Below, in pieces: positions 20,160-29,751 of a DNA stretch of 64,000 bases. The stretch comes from an uncultured Verrucomicrobiae bacterium (lineage in GTDB: Bacteria; Verrucomicrobiota; Verrucomicrobiia; Limisphaerales; Palsa-1400). Position numbers and translations under genes: made by a program. Below the pieces are notes generated by a model, which ran no database searches, had not been told where the DNA came from, and saw nothing but the letters and a program-made list of their open reading frames with translations. Position 1 is the first letter of the stretch. Every line of letters starts with the position of its first letter. The DNA lies in assembly GCA_963707025.1 (NCBI GenBank), contig CAVPOM010000016.1, positions 96,001 through 160,000 of the forward strand, given 5' to 3'.

Positions 20160-21192
20160 ATGCCGGTTGAATTTAAAGACTATTACCAGACTCTCGGGGT
20201 CCCGCGCACCGCCAGTTCCGACGAGATTCGCAAGGCCTTCCGCACCCTGGCCCGTCAATACCACCCCGATGTCGCCAAGGAAAAGAACAAGAAGGCGGCC
20301 GAGGAGAAATTCAAGAACATCAACGAGGCCTACGAAGTCCTGGGCGACCCGGAGAAACGCCAGAAGTACCGATGAACTGGGCGCCGATTGGAAGGCCGGC
20401 GGCCGGTTCCGGCCCCCGCCTGGCGGTCCCTCCTGGCGCACCTACGGCGGCCGGCCCGGCCCGGCGGAGGCGCGCGAAAGTTTTGAATTCGGCGGCACCG
20501 GCTTCAGCGATTTTTTCGAGCAGCTTTTCGGCGGTGGGCGCGGCGCGGCCCGGGGCGGCGGCTTTGACCCAGGCGAGGCCGGACGCGGCCATGACATCGA
20601 GGCGGTTCTGATGGTGACGTTGGAGGAGGCCATGAACGGCTCGGTTCGTTCCATCAGCCTGCGGCGCAATGCCCTCTGCCCCGAATGCCACGGCACCGGG
20701 GCCAAAGGCCGGAACGTCTGTCCGGCCTGCGAGGGCGAGGGCCAGGTTTCCATCACGCAAAATCACAAGGTGAAAATCCCCGCCGGCGTGCGCGACGGCC
20801 AGCGCCTGCGCGTCGCCGCCCAGGGCGAACCCGGGGAAGGCGGCGGTCCGGCGGGCGATCTTTATTTGCGCGTGCGCCTGGCCGGCCATCCGGATTTTCG
20901 GGTGGAGGGCGGCGATTTGTATTACGACCTGGATCTGGCCCCGTGGGAAGCCGCCCTGGGCACCAGCGTGGCCGTGCCCGCACTCAGCGGCGCCCTCAGC
21001 ATCAAAATCCCTCCCGGCACGCAAAACGGCCAGCGGCTCCGCGTCAAAGGCCGCGGCCTGCCGGGGCGCGCCGCCGAGCGGGGCGATCTTTTCGTCGTCG
21101 CCCGCATCCAGATGCCGAAGGAGATCACCGAGCGCGAAAGAACGTTGTGGCAGCAACTGGCCGCCCAATCGGCTTTCAACCCCAGAAGTTGA
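20160..21192 (+). CDS. DnaJ-class co-chaperone (CbpA-like, two CxxCxGxG motifs), frameshift ~20370
   Basis: [30 protein letters not shown]; removing one C restores [43 protein letters not shown]. Confidence 0.92.
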
Positions 21193-21242
21193 GCGGGCCA
21201 TCCGTTGCTCCCTTGGTGCATTTCACATTTTTGGTTTTTCAT

Positions 21243-21326
21243 TCTTAATCGTAATCTTAATCTTGCTCTTAATCCGAATGCGGGAGGGCGATGCGATTAA
21301 GATCAAGATTAGGAGCAAGATTAAGA
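21243..21326. repeat. Inverted hexamer (TAATCT-type) microarrays
   Basis: tcttaatcgtaatcttaatcttgctcttaatc versus gattaagatcaagattaggagcaagattaaga. Confidence 0.8.
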
Positions 21327-21415
21327 GGGGAACCCAAAAACTGGAATGCGCCCGGTTCCCGGCCGGCGGCGTTTTGCTTCTTGACGCCGGGGGGGCGGCA
21401 GCCTAAGCACTGGCC

Positions 21416-22117
21416 ATGAAAATCTGCCTGTTTGGCATAACCGGCATCCCGGCCGGCAACCACAACATCAAGGACGCCCGCCTGGACCAAGCCGATCAAT
21501 TGGTGGAAGCGCAGAAGAAGTGTTATGCGCAGGTGGTCCTGGCCGAGGAGAAGGAACTGGCGGTCTGCGACGCCATCCTCACCAGCCGCGCGGCCTTGAG
21601 TGACTTGCTGATGAAGGACCTGGATTTTGTCGAGACACGGCTGGGACGGGAGGCGGGGGAAGCGGAGAAGAAGGTGCTGCAAAAAATGGCCGAAGGGCTG
21701 GTCAGCGAGACGCCCGTCTCGAAGCTGGGATTGACGACGGAGGAATTGGCGGCGATTTCGGCGCACAGCTTTGTCACCAACCGGCCGGTGGTGGTGGCCG
21801 GGGAGGCGGAATTGGCCGCGCCGGAGGCCCTGCTGGTGCGGGCCTTGGCGGAGAGCGGCTACATCTGTTTCCTGACCGTCGGCGGCAAGGAGAACCGCGC
21901 CTGGCCCATCCGCGCCGGCACGTCGGCCTGGGAGGCGGCGGGCACGGTCCACACCGACATGCAGAAGGGGTTCATCCGCGCCGAGATTATCAGCTTCGCC
22001 GATTTGCTGGCGGCCGGCGGGGAGACGCAGGCCAAACGCGCCGGCAAAGTCCGGCTGGAATTGAAGAGTTACGTGATGCAGGACTACGACGTGGCGAATT
22101 TCCGGTTTACCAAATAA
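21416..22117 (+). CDS. Short YchF-like protein (DUF933/TGS C-terminus) lacking a P-loop
   Basis: C-terminal FLTVGGKENRAWPI, AAGTVHTDMQKGFIRAEII, GKVRLELKSYVMQDYDVANFRF matches YchF; 233 aa with no GxxxxGKS. Confidence 0.8.
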   Translation: MKICLFGITGIPAGNHNIKDARLDQADQLVEAQKKCYAQVVLAEEKELAVCDAILTSRAALSDLLMKDLDFVETRLGREAGEAEKKVLQKMAEGLVSETPVSKLGLTTEELAAISAHSFVTNRPVVVAGEAELAAPEALLVRALAESGYICFLTVGGKENRAWPIRAGTSAWEAAGTVHTDMQKGFIRAEIISFADLLAAGGETQAKRAGKVRLELKSYVMQDYDVANFRFTK

Positions 22118-22161
22118 ATCCAACCATCGGGCTCACTTGCTTTTAGCAAGCAGGACGGAAA

Positions 22162-22440
22162 TCACAGCTTGCCGGTGAAGGCTTTCAGCTTGCCGGCTTT
22201 GCGCGCGGCCCCGATTTCAGCCAGGGCGGAGTCTTTCGCGGCCCTCGCTTGCGCGAGGGTCACCCCGTATTCGCCCAACGCCGGAAAATCGCCGGGATGG
22301 AAAGGCAGGCCGCGCAATCCGACCATTTGCGCGAAGAACATGGACACCGCCGCCGCCGGGGTGATGCCCAATTCCCGGCATACCACCCGCGCCTCCTGGG
22401 CCAATTGGCTGTCTATCCGAAGTCTGATTTGCTCAGTCAT
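22162..22440 (-). CDS. RelB/DinJ-family antitoxin
   Basis: IRLRIDSQLAQEARVVCRELGITPAAAVSMFFAQMVGLRGLPF; upstream TTGACA-N16-CATGTT. Confidence 0.8.
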   Translation of the reverse strand: MTEQIRLRIDSQLAQEARVVCRELGITPAAAVSMFFAQMVGLRGLPFHPGDFPALGEYGVTLAQARAAKDSALAEIGAARKAGKLKAFTGKL

Positions 22441-22563
22441 GTATAAAACATGCCACGATAAAGGAGGCTGTCAAACTTGACGACGCGGCCCAAATCTCCG
22501 CCAAACGCGCCGTCACCGCCGAGCAACGATCCATGCAATTTCCAGGGAAGAAAAAAGAAGCAG

Positions 22564-22608
22564 CCGGCGAGGGCGCCGACCGCCACACGCGGGGCGCGTG
22601 TGCTCCCC
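22564..22608. repeat. Two-hairpin REP-like palindrome
   Basis: cggcg-aggg-cgccg and cacacgcg-ggg-cgcgtgtg followed by ctcccc. Confidence 0.6.
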
Positions 22609-22798
22609 GAAACGGTTCCCGTCCGGCTTGGAGCGGTTTCACAAATACTGCAGCCTCATTGCGCGGCCGGGCCGGTCCCGAATTATCGGGACCCGCCGCG
22701 GCGCGCGCGCAGTGCGCGCCCTGCCATCCTCATTGAGGGCTGCACAATTTCTTAAACCGCCCCAGGCGAGGATTTGGGCGGGGAAGGCGGTCACGGTT

Positions 22799-25675
22799 TC
22801 AGCCGCCCAAGGACGCCAACAACTGGAGGAGGTGTTCGAGCTTGGCTTGCCAGCCGGCCAGACGCTTTTGGTGCTCCTCCAAAACAACGGGCGGGACTTT
22901 TTGCACAAAAGCGGGGTTTGCCAATTTCTGCTTGACTTTCTCGATCTCCGCCCGGGCCTTGGCTATTTCCTTTTTCAGGCGCTCCTTCTCCGCGCCCACG
23001 TCCATCATGCCTTCCAGCGGCAGATAAAGTTCGCCCAGTTCGGAGCGCGCCGCCGGGGTGCCTCTCGCCGGGGTGTAATCGGCGCGCACCTCCAGCGGTT
23101 CGGCGTTGAGCAGCAGCTTCATGGCCGCCAGGTCATGCGGCTCCGGCGCGCCGGCCGGCTTGAAAATATATTTGACTTTTTTGTTGCCCGGGATGTTTCC
23201 GGAACGGCGCAGGTTGCGGCCCTGCGTGACCAGCTCATTGCGCAAATCCACCTGTTGGAGGAGGCTCTCCGCCAATCCGTAATGCGTTTTGAAATCTTCG
23301 TCCAAAGGCTTGGGCCAGTGTGAGAACATGATGGTGTCGCCCCCCTGGTCGGCCGGCAGGTCGAGGTGAAAGCCCAGGCCGTGCCAAAGCTCCTCGGTAA
23401 TGAAGGGCAGGAAGGGATGGAAGAGCCGCAAAGTATTTGACAGCACAAAATCCATCACGGCCAGGGTGTTGGCCTGGAGCGCGGCGGTGCCGGCGTCAGC
23501 CGGTTGGTTCCCGGGCGCCAGCGCGGCCTTGGCCGCTTCCAAATACCAGTCGCAATACTCGCTCCAGAAAAAGCGGTAGAGGGTTTGGGCGGCCTCGTTA
23601 AATTTGTATTGGGCCAGCGCGCCGCTCAATTCGGAGACGGCCTGGTCGAGCTTGAGCAAAATCCATTGGTCGTCGCTGGTCAGAAGCTCCGGGCGGATTT
23701 CGCCCTCGGATGCGCCGGGCTGCATCTGGCGGAAACGGCAGGCGTTCCACAGTTTGTTGCAGAAATTGCGGCCCAATTCCACCTGCTGCTCGTCGTAAAG
23801 GACGTCCTGCCCCAGCGGGGCGGAGCGGATGACGCCGAAGCGGAGGGCGTCGGCCCCGTATTGGGCGATCAGGTCCAGGGGATCGGGCGAGTTGCCCAGG
23901 GTCTTGGACATCTTCCGGCCCTGCTTGTCGCGGATGATCCCGGTGAAGTAAACATTGTGGAACGGCATGGTCCCGGTGAACTCGTATCCGGCCATGATCA
24001 TGCGCGCCACCCAGAAAAAAATAATGTCCGGCCCGGTCACCAGGTCCGTGGTGGGATAGAATTTTCTCAGTGTTTCCGTCTGCTCCGGCCAGCCCATGGT
24101 GGCAAAGGGCCAGAGCCAGGAACTGAACCAGGTGTCCAGCACGTCGGGGTCCTGGGTGAAGCCGAGCTTCTCCAATTCGCGCGCCACATCTTCTGCCGTA
24201 GCGTCGAGACAGACGCAACCGTTCATGGCCTTGTTGCCGCTGGAAAAAACATCCAAGTGCCGGTCGCCAACGACAAGATCTGACCGGCCGCTTTTTTCCA
24301 ATTTGCGCAGGTATGAATCTATCTCATCGGCCTTTTCACTGGCAGCGGGCAAAAACACTTTGGATAAAGACCACACCGGAATGCGATGTCCCCACCAAAG
24401 CTGGCGGCTGATGCACCAGTCTTTGATGCCTTCCATCCAGTGGTCATAAACTTTCGCCCAGCGGTCAGGCTGAAACTTCATCCCGCCTGCGGCCACCACC
24501 GCTCGTGATTTTTCCACGCTCGGATACTGCAAAAACCATTGCTCACTCAGGCGGGGCTCAATCTGCACGTCGGCGCGTTCGCTGAAACCGACCTTGTTCG
24601 TATAAGGCTCTTCCTTTTCCAAAACCGAAACCTCTGCCCCGTCCAAAGCTTTTAGCTTTAATTCCTTTAGTTTTTCCACGGCAACCCTGCGTGCCTTGGA
24701 ACGGTGCAGACCGTTCAAATCCTGGCCGGCATCTTTATTCATGGTGCCATCCGCATCAATGACTTCAAGGATGCCTAAGTTGTGGCGCAGGCCGATTTCA
24801 AAGTCTGTTTTGTCATGCGCCGGCGTCACCTTGAGCACCCCGGTGCCGAAGGCGATGTCAATGAGGTCGTCTCCGACAATCGGAATGACGCGTTGTTCCC
24901 GGGGCAATTCCGGCGGCAGCGGACGAACGGCATGCTGGCCGATCAAATGGGCGTAACGCGGATCCTTCGGATTGACGGCCACGGCCGTGTCGGCGGGAAT
25001 GGTTTCCGGCCGCGTCGTCGCAATCGTCAAAAAAGTTCCGGGCGCCTCGGCGATCTCGACCTTGAAATAATAGAGGAAACCTTTTTGCTCCTTCATCACC
25101 ACTTCTTCATCGGAGAGCGCGGTGAGCGAGGAGGGACACCAGTTGACCATGCGTTTGCCGCGGTAGATGAGGCCCTTTTTGTAAAGCTCGACGAAGACCT
25201 TTTGCACGCAGCGCGAATACTCCGGGTCCATGGTGAATCGTTCGCGCGTCCAGTCGCAGGAGGCGCCGAGCTTCTTGAGCTGCTGGATGATGATGCCGCC
25301 TTTTTCGTTTTTCCATTTCCAAACTTCCTCCAGAAATTTCTCGCGGCCCAGATCGTCGCGATGCTTCATTTGACCGGCCTTCTTCAAGGCGCGCTCCACG
25401 ACCGATTGGGTGGCGATGCCGGCGTGGTCGGTGCCGGGGAGCCAGAGGACTTCCTTGCCGTCCATGCGGGCCTTGCGGGCCAGAATGTCCTGGAGGGTGT
25501 TGTTGAGGACATGGCCGAGGGTGAGCACGCCGGTGACGTTGGGCGGAGGGATGGCGATGGAGAAAGCCGGTTTGGACGAACGCGGATTGGCGGTGAAACA
25601 ATGGCGCTCCAGCCAGAATTGGTACCATTTCTCCTCGACGGACTGCGGTTCGTAGGCTTTGGGAATTTCAGGCAT
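22799..25675 (-). CDS. valS: Valine--tRNA ligase
   Basis: PPPNVTG.L.LGH, GTDHAGIATQ, ATTRPET, KVTPAHD, DWCISRQLWWGHRIP, DVLDTWFSS, KMSKT, C-terminal coiled coil. Confidence 0.98.
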   Translation of the reverse strand: MPEIPKAYEPQSVEEKWYQFWLERHCFTANPRSSKPAFSIAIPPPNVTGVLTLGHVLNNTLQDILARKARMDGKEVLWLPGTDHAGIATQSVVERALKKAGQMKHRDDLGREKFLEEVWKWKNEKGGIIIQQLKKLGASCDWTRERFTMDPEYSRCVQKVFVELYKKGLIYRGKRMVNWCPSSLTALSDEEVVMKEQKGFLYYFKVEIAEAPGTFLTIATTRPETIPADTAVAVNPKDPRYAHLIGQHAVRPLPPELPREQRVIPIVGDDLIDIAFGTGVLKVTPAHDKTDFEIGLRHNLGILEVIDADGTMNKDAGQDLNGLHRSKARRVAVEKLKELKLKALDGAEVSVLEKEEPYTNKVGFSERADVQIEPRLSEQWFLQYPSVEKSRAVVAAGGMKFQPDRWAKVYDHWMEGIKDWCISRQLWWGHRIPVWSLSKVFLPAASEKADEIDSYLRKLEKSGRSDLVVGDRHLDVFSSGNKAMNGCVCLDATAEDVARELEKLGFTQDPDVLDTWFSSWLWPFATMGWPEQTETLRKFYPTTDLVTGPDIIFFWVARMIMAGYEFTGTMPFHNVYFTGIIRDKQGRKMSKTLGNSPDPLDLIAQYGADALRFGVIRSAPLGQDVLYDEQQVELGRNFCNKLWNACRFRQMQPGASEGEIRPELLTSDDQWILLKLDQAVSELSGALAQYKFNEAAQTLYRFFWSEYCDWYLEAAKAALAPGNQPADAGTAALQANTLAVMDFVLSNTLRLFHPFLPFITEELWHGLGFHLDLPADQGGDTIMFSHWPKPLDEDFKTHYGLAESLLQQVDLRNELVTQGRNLRRSGNIPGNKKVKYIFKPAGAPEPHDLAAMKLLLNAEPLEVRADYTPARGTPAARSELGELYLPLEGMMDVGAEKERLKKEIAKARAEIEKVKQKLANPAFVQKVPPVVLEEHQKRLAGWQAKLEHLLQLLASLGG

Positions 25676-25708
25676 GGAAATCTTTTCAAGGAATGATCTC
25701 AAATTCAA

Positions 25709-27265
25709 TTATTTCATGAGCCGGTATTCCATGCTGTCAATCAGGGCCTGCAGGCTGGCTTCGATGATGTTCTCGCTCACGCCCACCGTGCCCCATTCCT
25801 CCTTGCCGTCGCTGGACTGGATGAGGACGCGCGTCCTGGCGGCCGTGCCGGTGGTCGAATCGAGAATGCGCACCTTGTAATCGGTCAATAATATTTTTTT
25901 GACTTGCGGATAGAAATTGGCCAGGGCCGCCCGCAGGGCCGAGTCCAGCGCGTTGACCGGCCCGTCCCCGTCCGCCACGGTGTGGGCCTCGCGGTCCTCC
26001 ACCCGGACCTTGATGGTGGCTTCGCAGACCGAGCCTCCCTCCTCGCGCCGCATGGAAACATGGTAGCCATGCACGACAAAGGGCGCCGCCTGGGGATGGA
26101 GGGCTTTGCGGAGCAACACCGCCAGTGAACCGCCCGCCGCCTCAAATTCGTACCCTTCGTGCTCCAGTTTTTTCAGGCGGGCCAGCAATTCCTTCAGCTC
26201 CGGGGCGTCCTGGCCCAGCTTGATCCCCAGTTCCTGGGCCTTCATGACGATGTTGCTGCGCCCCGCCAGGTCGCTGACCAGGACGCGGCGCACATTGCCC
26301 ACGCAAGCCGGGTCAATGTGTTCGTAACTTCTGGCCACTTTTTGCACCGCGTTGACGTGGATGCCGCCTTTGTGGGAAAAGGCCGCCGAGCCGACCCAGG
26401 GCTGGCGCGGGCTGTGCCGGAAATTGGCCATGGCGTCCACATACTGCGACAGATCGCGCAATTGCCGCAGCGACGAGGCCGGCACACAACTCTTGCCCAG
26501 CTTGAAGGCCAGGGTGGGAATGACACTGGTTAAATTGCAATTGCCCGTCCGCTCCCCATAGCCATTGATGGTGCCTTGCACGTGGGTGGCCCCCGCCTCC
26601 AGCGCCGCCAGCGCATTGGCCACGCCCAAGCCGATGTCATCGTGGGTGTGGATGCCGATGGCGCCGGTGAGTTTGGCCCGCGCCGCCGCCGTGATGCGCC
26701 CGATCTCCCCCGGCAACGATCCCCCGTTGGTGTCGCACAGCGCCACCAGGTCCGCCCCGCCCGCCTCGGCCGCCTGCCAGGTGGCCAGCGCGTAGGCCGG
26801 ATTATCCTTGAAACCGTCAAAAGCATGTTCCGCGTCGTACACCACAAATTTGCCGTGCTCTTTGAGAAAGCGCATCGTGTCGGCGATCATGGCCAGATTC
26901 TCCTCCGGGGTGGTGCGCAAAACCTCCTTGACATGCAGGAGCCAGGTTTTCCCAACGATCGTCACCACCGGGGTCTCCGCCTCCAGCAGCAGCCGCACCT
27001 GCTCATCCGCCGCCGCCACCACCCCTTTGCGCCGGGTCGCGCCGAAGGCGGCCAGCCTGGCCCGCTTGAACTTCCGCCGTTTGGCCAGCTCAAAAAACTC
27101 AATGTCCTTGGGATTGGACCCCGGCCAGCCGCCCTCGATAAAATGCATGCCAAAAGCGTCCAGTCTTTCCGCGATGCGCAGCTTGTCCATCACGGAAAAA
27201 TTGACTCCTTCGCCCTGGCTGCCATCGCGCAGGGTCGTGTCGTATATTTCCACATCAGGTTTCAT
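25709..27265 (-). CDS. cimA: Citramalate synthase
   Basis: YDTTLRDGSQGEG, EGGWPGSNPKD, YDAEH, LCDTNGG, HTHDD, GYGERTGN, HKGGIH, LeuA-type regulatory domain. Confidence 0.93.
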   Translation of the reverse strand: MKPDVEIYDTTLRDGSQGEGVNFSVMDKLRIAERLDAFGMHFIEGGWPGSNPKDIEFFELAKRRKFKRARLAAFGATRRKGVVAAADEQVRLLLEAETPVVTIVGKTWLLHVKEVLRTTPEENLAMIADTMRFLKEHGKFVVYDAEHAFDGFKDNPAYALATWQAAEAGGADLVALCDTNGGSLPGEIGRITAAARAKLTGAIGIHTHDDIGLGVANALAALEAGATHVQGTINGYGERTGNCNLTSVIPTLAFKLGKSCVPASSLRQLRDLSQYVDAMANFRHSPRQPWVGSAAFSHKGGIHVNAVQKVARSYEHIDPACVGNVRRVLVSDLAGRSNIVMKAQELGIKLGQDAPELKELLARLKKLEHEGYEFEAAGGSLAVLLRKALHPQAAPFVVHGYHVSMRREEGGSVCEATIKVRVEDREAHTVADGDGPVNALDSALRAALANFYPQVKKILLTDYKVRILDSTTGTAARTRVLIQSSDGKEEWGTVGVSENIIEASLQALIDSMEYRLMK

Positions 27266-27440
27266 AAAACCGGCCGGCTTGCCGTCACGGGCGCGGAAAG
27301 ATCGAGCCGGACGCTGCTTTTTACGTCAGCGCGGCCGCTTTTGCAAAGCCCAAGTGGCGGGCCGCGACAGCCGAGGCAGTTAAACCCGGCCGAAAAAGCC
27401 ATCCCCCGGCCTCCCGGGCAGGCCGGACCGGTCGGCCGGT

Positions 27441-29045
27441 TCAGTTGCCGCCAGGCTGGCCTTTTACGTCAATAATAGATTTTGGGCGGAGGAGATAGGT
27501 CAGGGCTTTGACGGCCAGTTCCATCATCAGGAACGGCTTGGCAATGAGGTCGTTGGCCCCGGCCAGGGAGGACTGGGCGCGCACTTCAAAGTTGGTCAGG
27601 CTGGTGACGAAGATGACAGGGGTGGCCTTGTTGGTGGCCGTTTTGCGCAGCTCGGCGCAGAGTTCAAAGCCGTTCATCTCCGGCATTTCGGCATCGAGAA
27701 AGACCAGGTCAAATTGGTTTTCGGCCAAAATGGTCATGGCCATTCTGGGTGCTTCAATGCAGATGCAGCGCAGGTTGGCCTTGGCCAGCGCCACCGAAAT
27801 AGTGCGGCGCGAAATCGGTTCGTCGTCCACCGCCAGAATGAGGAGCGATTGGGGGATTTCCTGCCCGCCCTGGTTGATGTCGCGAAACAGGACGTTCAGG
27901 CAATCGGAGGCGTGGGCAATGGTGCGCAGGACCGAGCTGGTCATTTGCCGGGGCTTCTTTTGCAGGTCTTTGATCAGCGCTTCCATCGCCCCGGCCAGGT
28001 GGGCGATCCGGCTGAAACCGGTGACGCCGGCCAGGCCAACCAGGGATGAAATGGAGGTGCTGAATCCCTGCAACAGGGTCAGTTGTTCGGTGGTGCTTTT
28101 GCTCCGCACCAAAGCGCCCACCCGCTCGCGCAGGTCCATCTGGATTTGCGGGACGCGCTTGAGAAACTCCTGCCGGATTTCCAGGCGAAAAGAGGAGGTG
28201 GCGTCGGAGCCAAAAATCGGCGCCGCCGGCTCCCGGCTTTCCTCCTCCGGCGCGGCCGGTTCCGGCGCCTGCGGCGGAGCTGGCGCGGCCGCGGCGGGCG
28301 CCGTTGAAAGCTTTGGCGCCCCCGGCAAACGCACCCCGGAAAACACCGGCGTCGGTGTCGGGGCCGGCACACTGGGACTGGTGGCCGCGGGCGCCGGCGG
28401 GGGCATCTTGATGAGCGGGGCGGTGAAAGGCATCTTTTCCCGCGCGGCCGGCGCGGGGGCGGAGCCGGCGAATTTTGGCGGGGAAGGCGGAATGACCAGC
28501 CTGGGCAACGAAGCCACAGCGGGAGGCGAGGAAAGAGGAGAGGGGGCCGAGGGCGCCGGCGGAGGAGGAGGAGCCGGGACCGGGGCGGGCGTGGGAATGG
28601 CCGCCGCCGGCCTGGGCGGCGGCATGCTGACGGGCGTGGCCGAGTTGCCCAAAGGCTGGGGATAGAGGCCGATGATTTCCCCGCTAAATATCTGCTCGAC
28701 AATTTCCAGGGCCAGATTGGGCGTGCAATCCATTTTGGAAACGCACTTGTTGGCGCCGGCGTCGAAGGCTTCCTTGATCAGATCAGGACGATAAAAGCTG
28801 GAAAGAACGACGATGGGGACAATCCTGAATTCGGGCATGGCCCGAATCTGGCGGATCAGATCCGTGCCGCTCATGCTGGGCAGGGTGAGATCCATCTGGA
28901 TCAAATTGGGCCGGAAAGCGGGCAAGGTGTCCAACGCGGCCGGCCCGTCATCCACCGCCTCCACCACGAAGCCCGACAAGTCAAACTTGCGCCGATAAAT
29001 GCCCCGCAAAATGGGATCGTTCTCGACAATCAAAATTTTCTTCAT
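27441..29045 (-). CDS. Multi-domain response regulator: receiver, Pro-rich linker, Hpt-like helical bundle, receiver
   Basis: N-terminal KKILIVEND..MDLTLP; C-terminal ILAVDDE..FLDAEMPEMNGFELC..AKPF; helical middle region. Confidence 0.85.
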   Translation of the reverse strand: MKKILIVENDPILRGIYRRKFDLSGFVVEAVDDGPAALDTLPAFRPNLIQMDLTLPSMSGTDLIRQIRAMPEFRIVPIVVLSSFYRPDLIKEAFDAGANKCVSKMDCTPNLALEIVEQIFSGEIIGLYPQPLGNSATPVSMPPPRPAAAIPTPAPVPAPPPPPAPSAPSPLSSPPAVASLPRLVIPPSPPKFAGSAPAPAAREKMPFTAPLIKMPPPAPAATSPSVPAPTPTPVFSGVRLPGAPKLSTAPAAAAPAPPQAPEPAAPEEESREPAAPIFGSDATSSFRLEIRQEFLKRVPQIQMDLRERVGALVRSKSTTEQLTLLQGFSTSISSLVGLAGVTGFSRIAHLAGAMEALIKDLQKKPRQMTSSVLRTIAHASDCLNVLFRDINQGGQEIPQSLLILAVDDEPISRRTISVALAKANLRCICIEAPRMAMTILAENQFDLVFLDAEMPEMNGFELCAELRKTATNKATPVIFVTSLTNFEVRAQSSLAGANDLIAKPFLMMELAVKALTYLLRPKSIIDVKGQPGGN

Positions 29046-29248
29046 GCAAAGCCTTCAGGCCTCGTCCCCGCGGGCGGCATTAAAACACGTCATCGTCATC
29101 GGACGGTTGCATCCTACATGGTCCCCGCCGGGAAACCAGCAAAAAGTAATGCCGAGGCCGGCCCGGTCCGATGGGAACGCGCGCAGGGGACGCGCGAGGG
29201 GAATGCGTCCTTGCCAGAAGGGCGCGAAAGGGGTATCCATTAGCTGAC

Positions 29249-29737
29249 ATGGCAACGGTTGGCGAACAATTAAAGGCGGCGCGCGAAGCGCAACGGCTCA
29301 CGGTCACACAGGTCGCGGACATGACCAAGATCCGCAGCGACCATATCCGCGCCATAGATCAGGGCAATTATGATGTTTTTTCCGCGCCGGTTTACATCCG
29401 GGGATTTGTGCGCACTTACGCCACGACCCTGAAACTGGACCCGGCCGCGATCCTGGCCCAACTCAACGCGGAACTGGCGGAAAGCGGGGCCCAGACGCTG
29501 CCGACTTTTCAACCGCCGGCCTCCGGCCTGGTGGACTCCGCCATGTTTCACCTCTCCACCGCGGGCCGGCGGCTGCTGCTGCCCCTGCTCCTGATCGGAT
29601 TGGTGGTGGGCGGGTTGACGGCCGGCATCGTGCTGATGAACCGCCGGGCGGCGCAGCACCCGCTCAACGGGCTGGGTCCGGGCCTTTATCAGGCGGCCGA
29701 TAATGCGGGGGAAACCTTGCCCCTGCCCAAGCACTGA
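29249..29737 (+). CDS. RodZ-like HTH membrane protein
   Basis: VGEQLKAAREAQRLT, TKIR, VYIRGFVRTYA; one TM helix; lies upstream of rimO-pgsA. Confidence 0.85.
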   Translation: MATVGEQLKAAREAQRLTVTQVADMTKIRSDHIRAIDQGNYDVFSAPVYIRGFVRTYATTLKLDPAAILAQLNAELAESGAQTLPTFQPPASGLVDSAMFHLSTAGRRLLLPLLLIGLVVGGLTAGIVLMNRRAAQHPLNGLGPGLYQAADNAGETLPLPKH

Positions 29738-29751
29738 CCGGGCGGGCATGC

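Noticed and set aside
24160..24370. Intein in valS
   Set aside because: Too short and lacks the C-terminal His-Asn splice motif.
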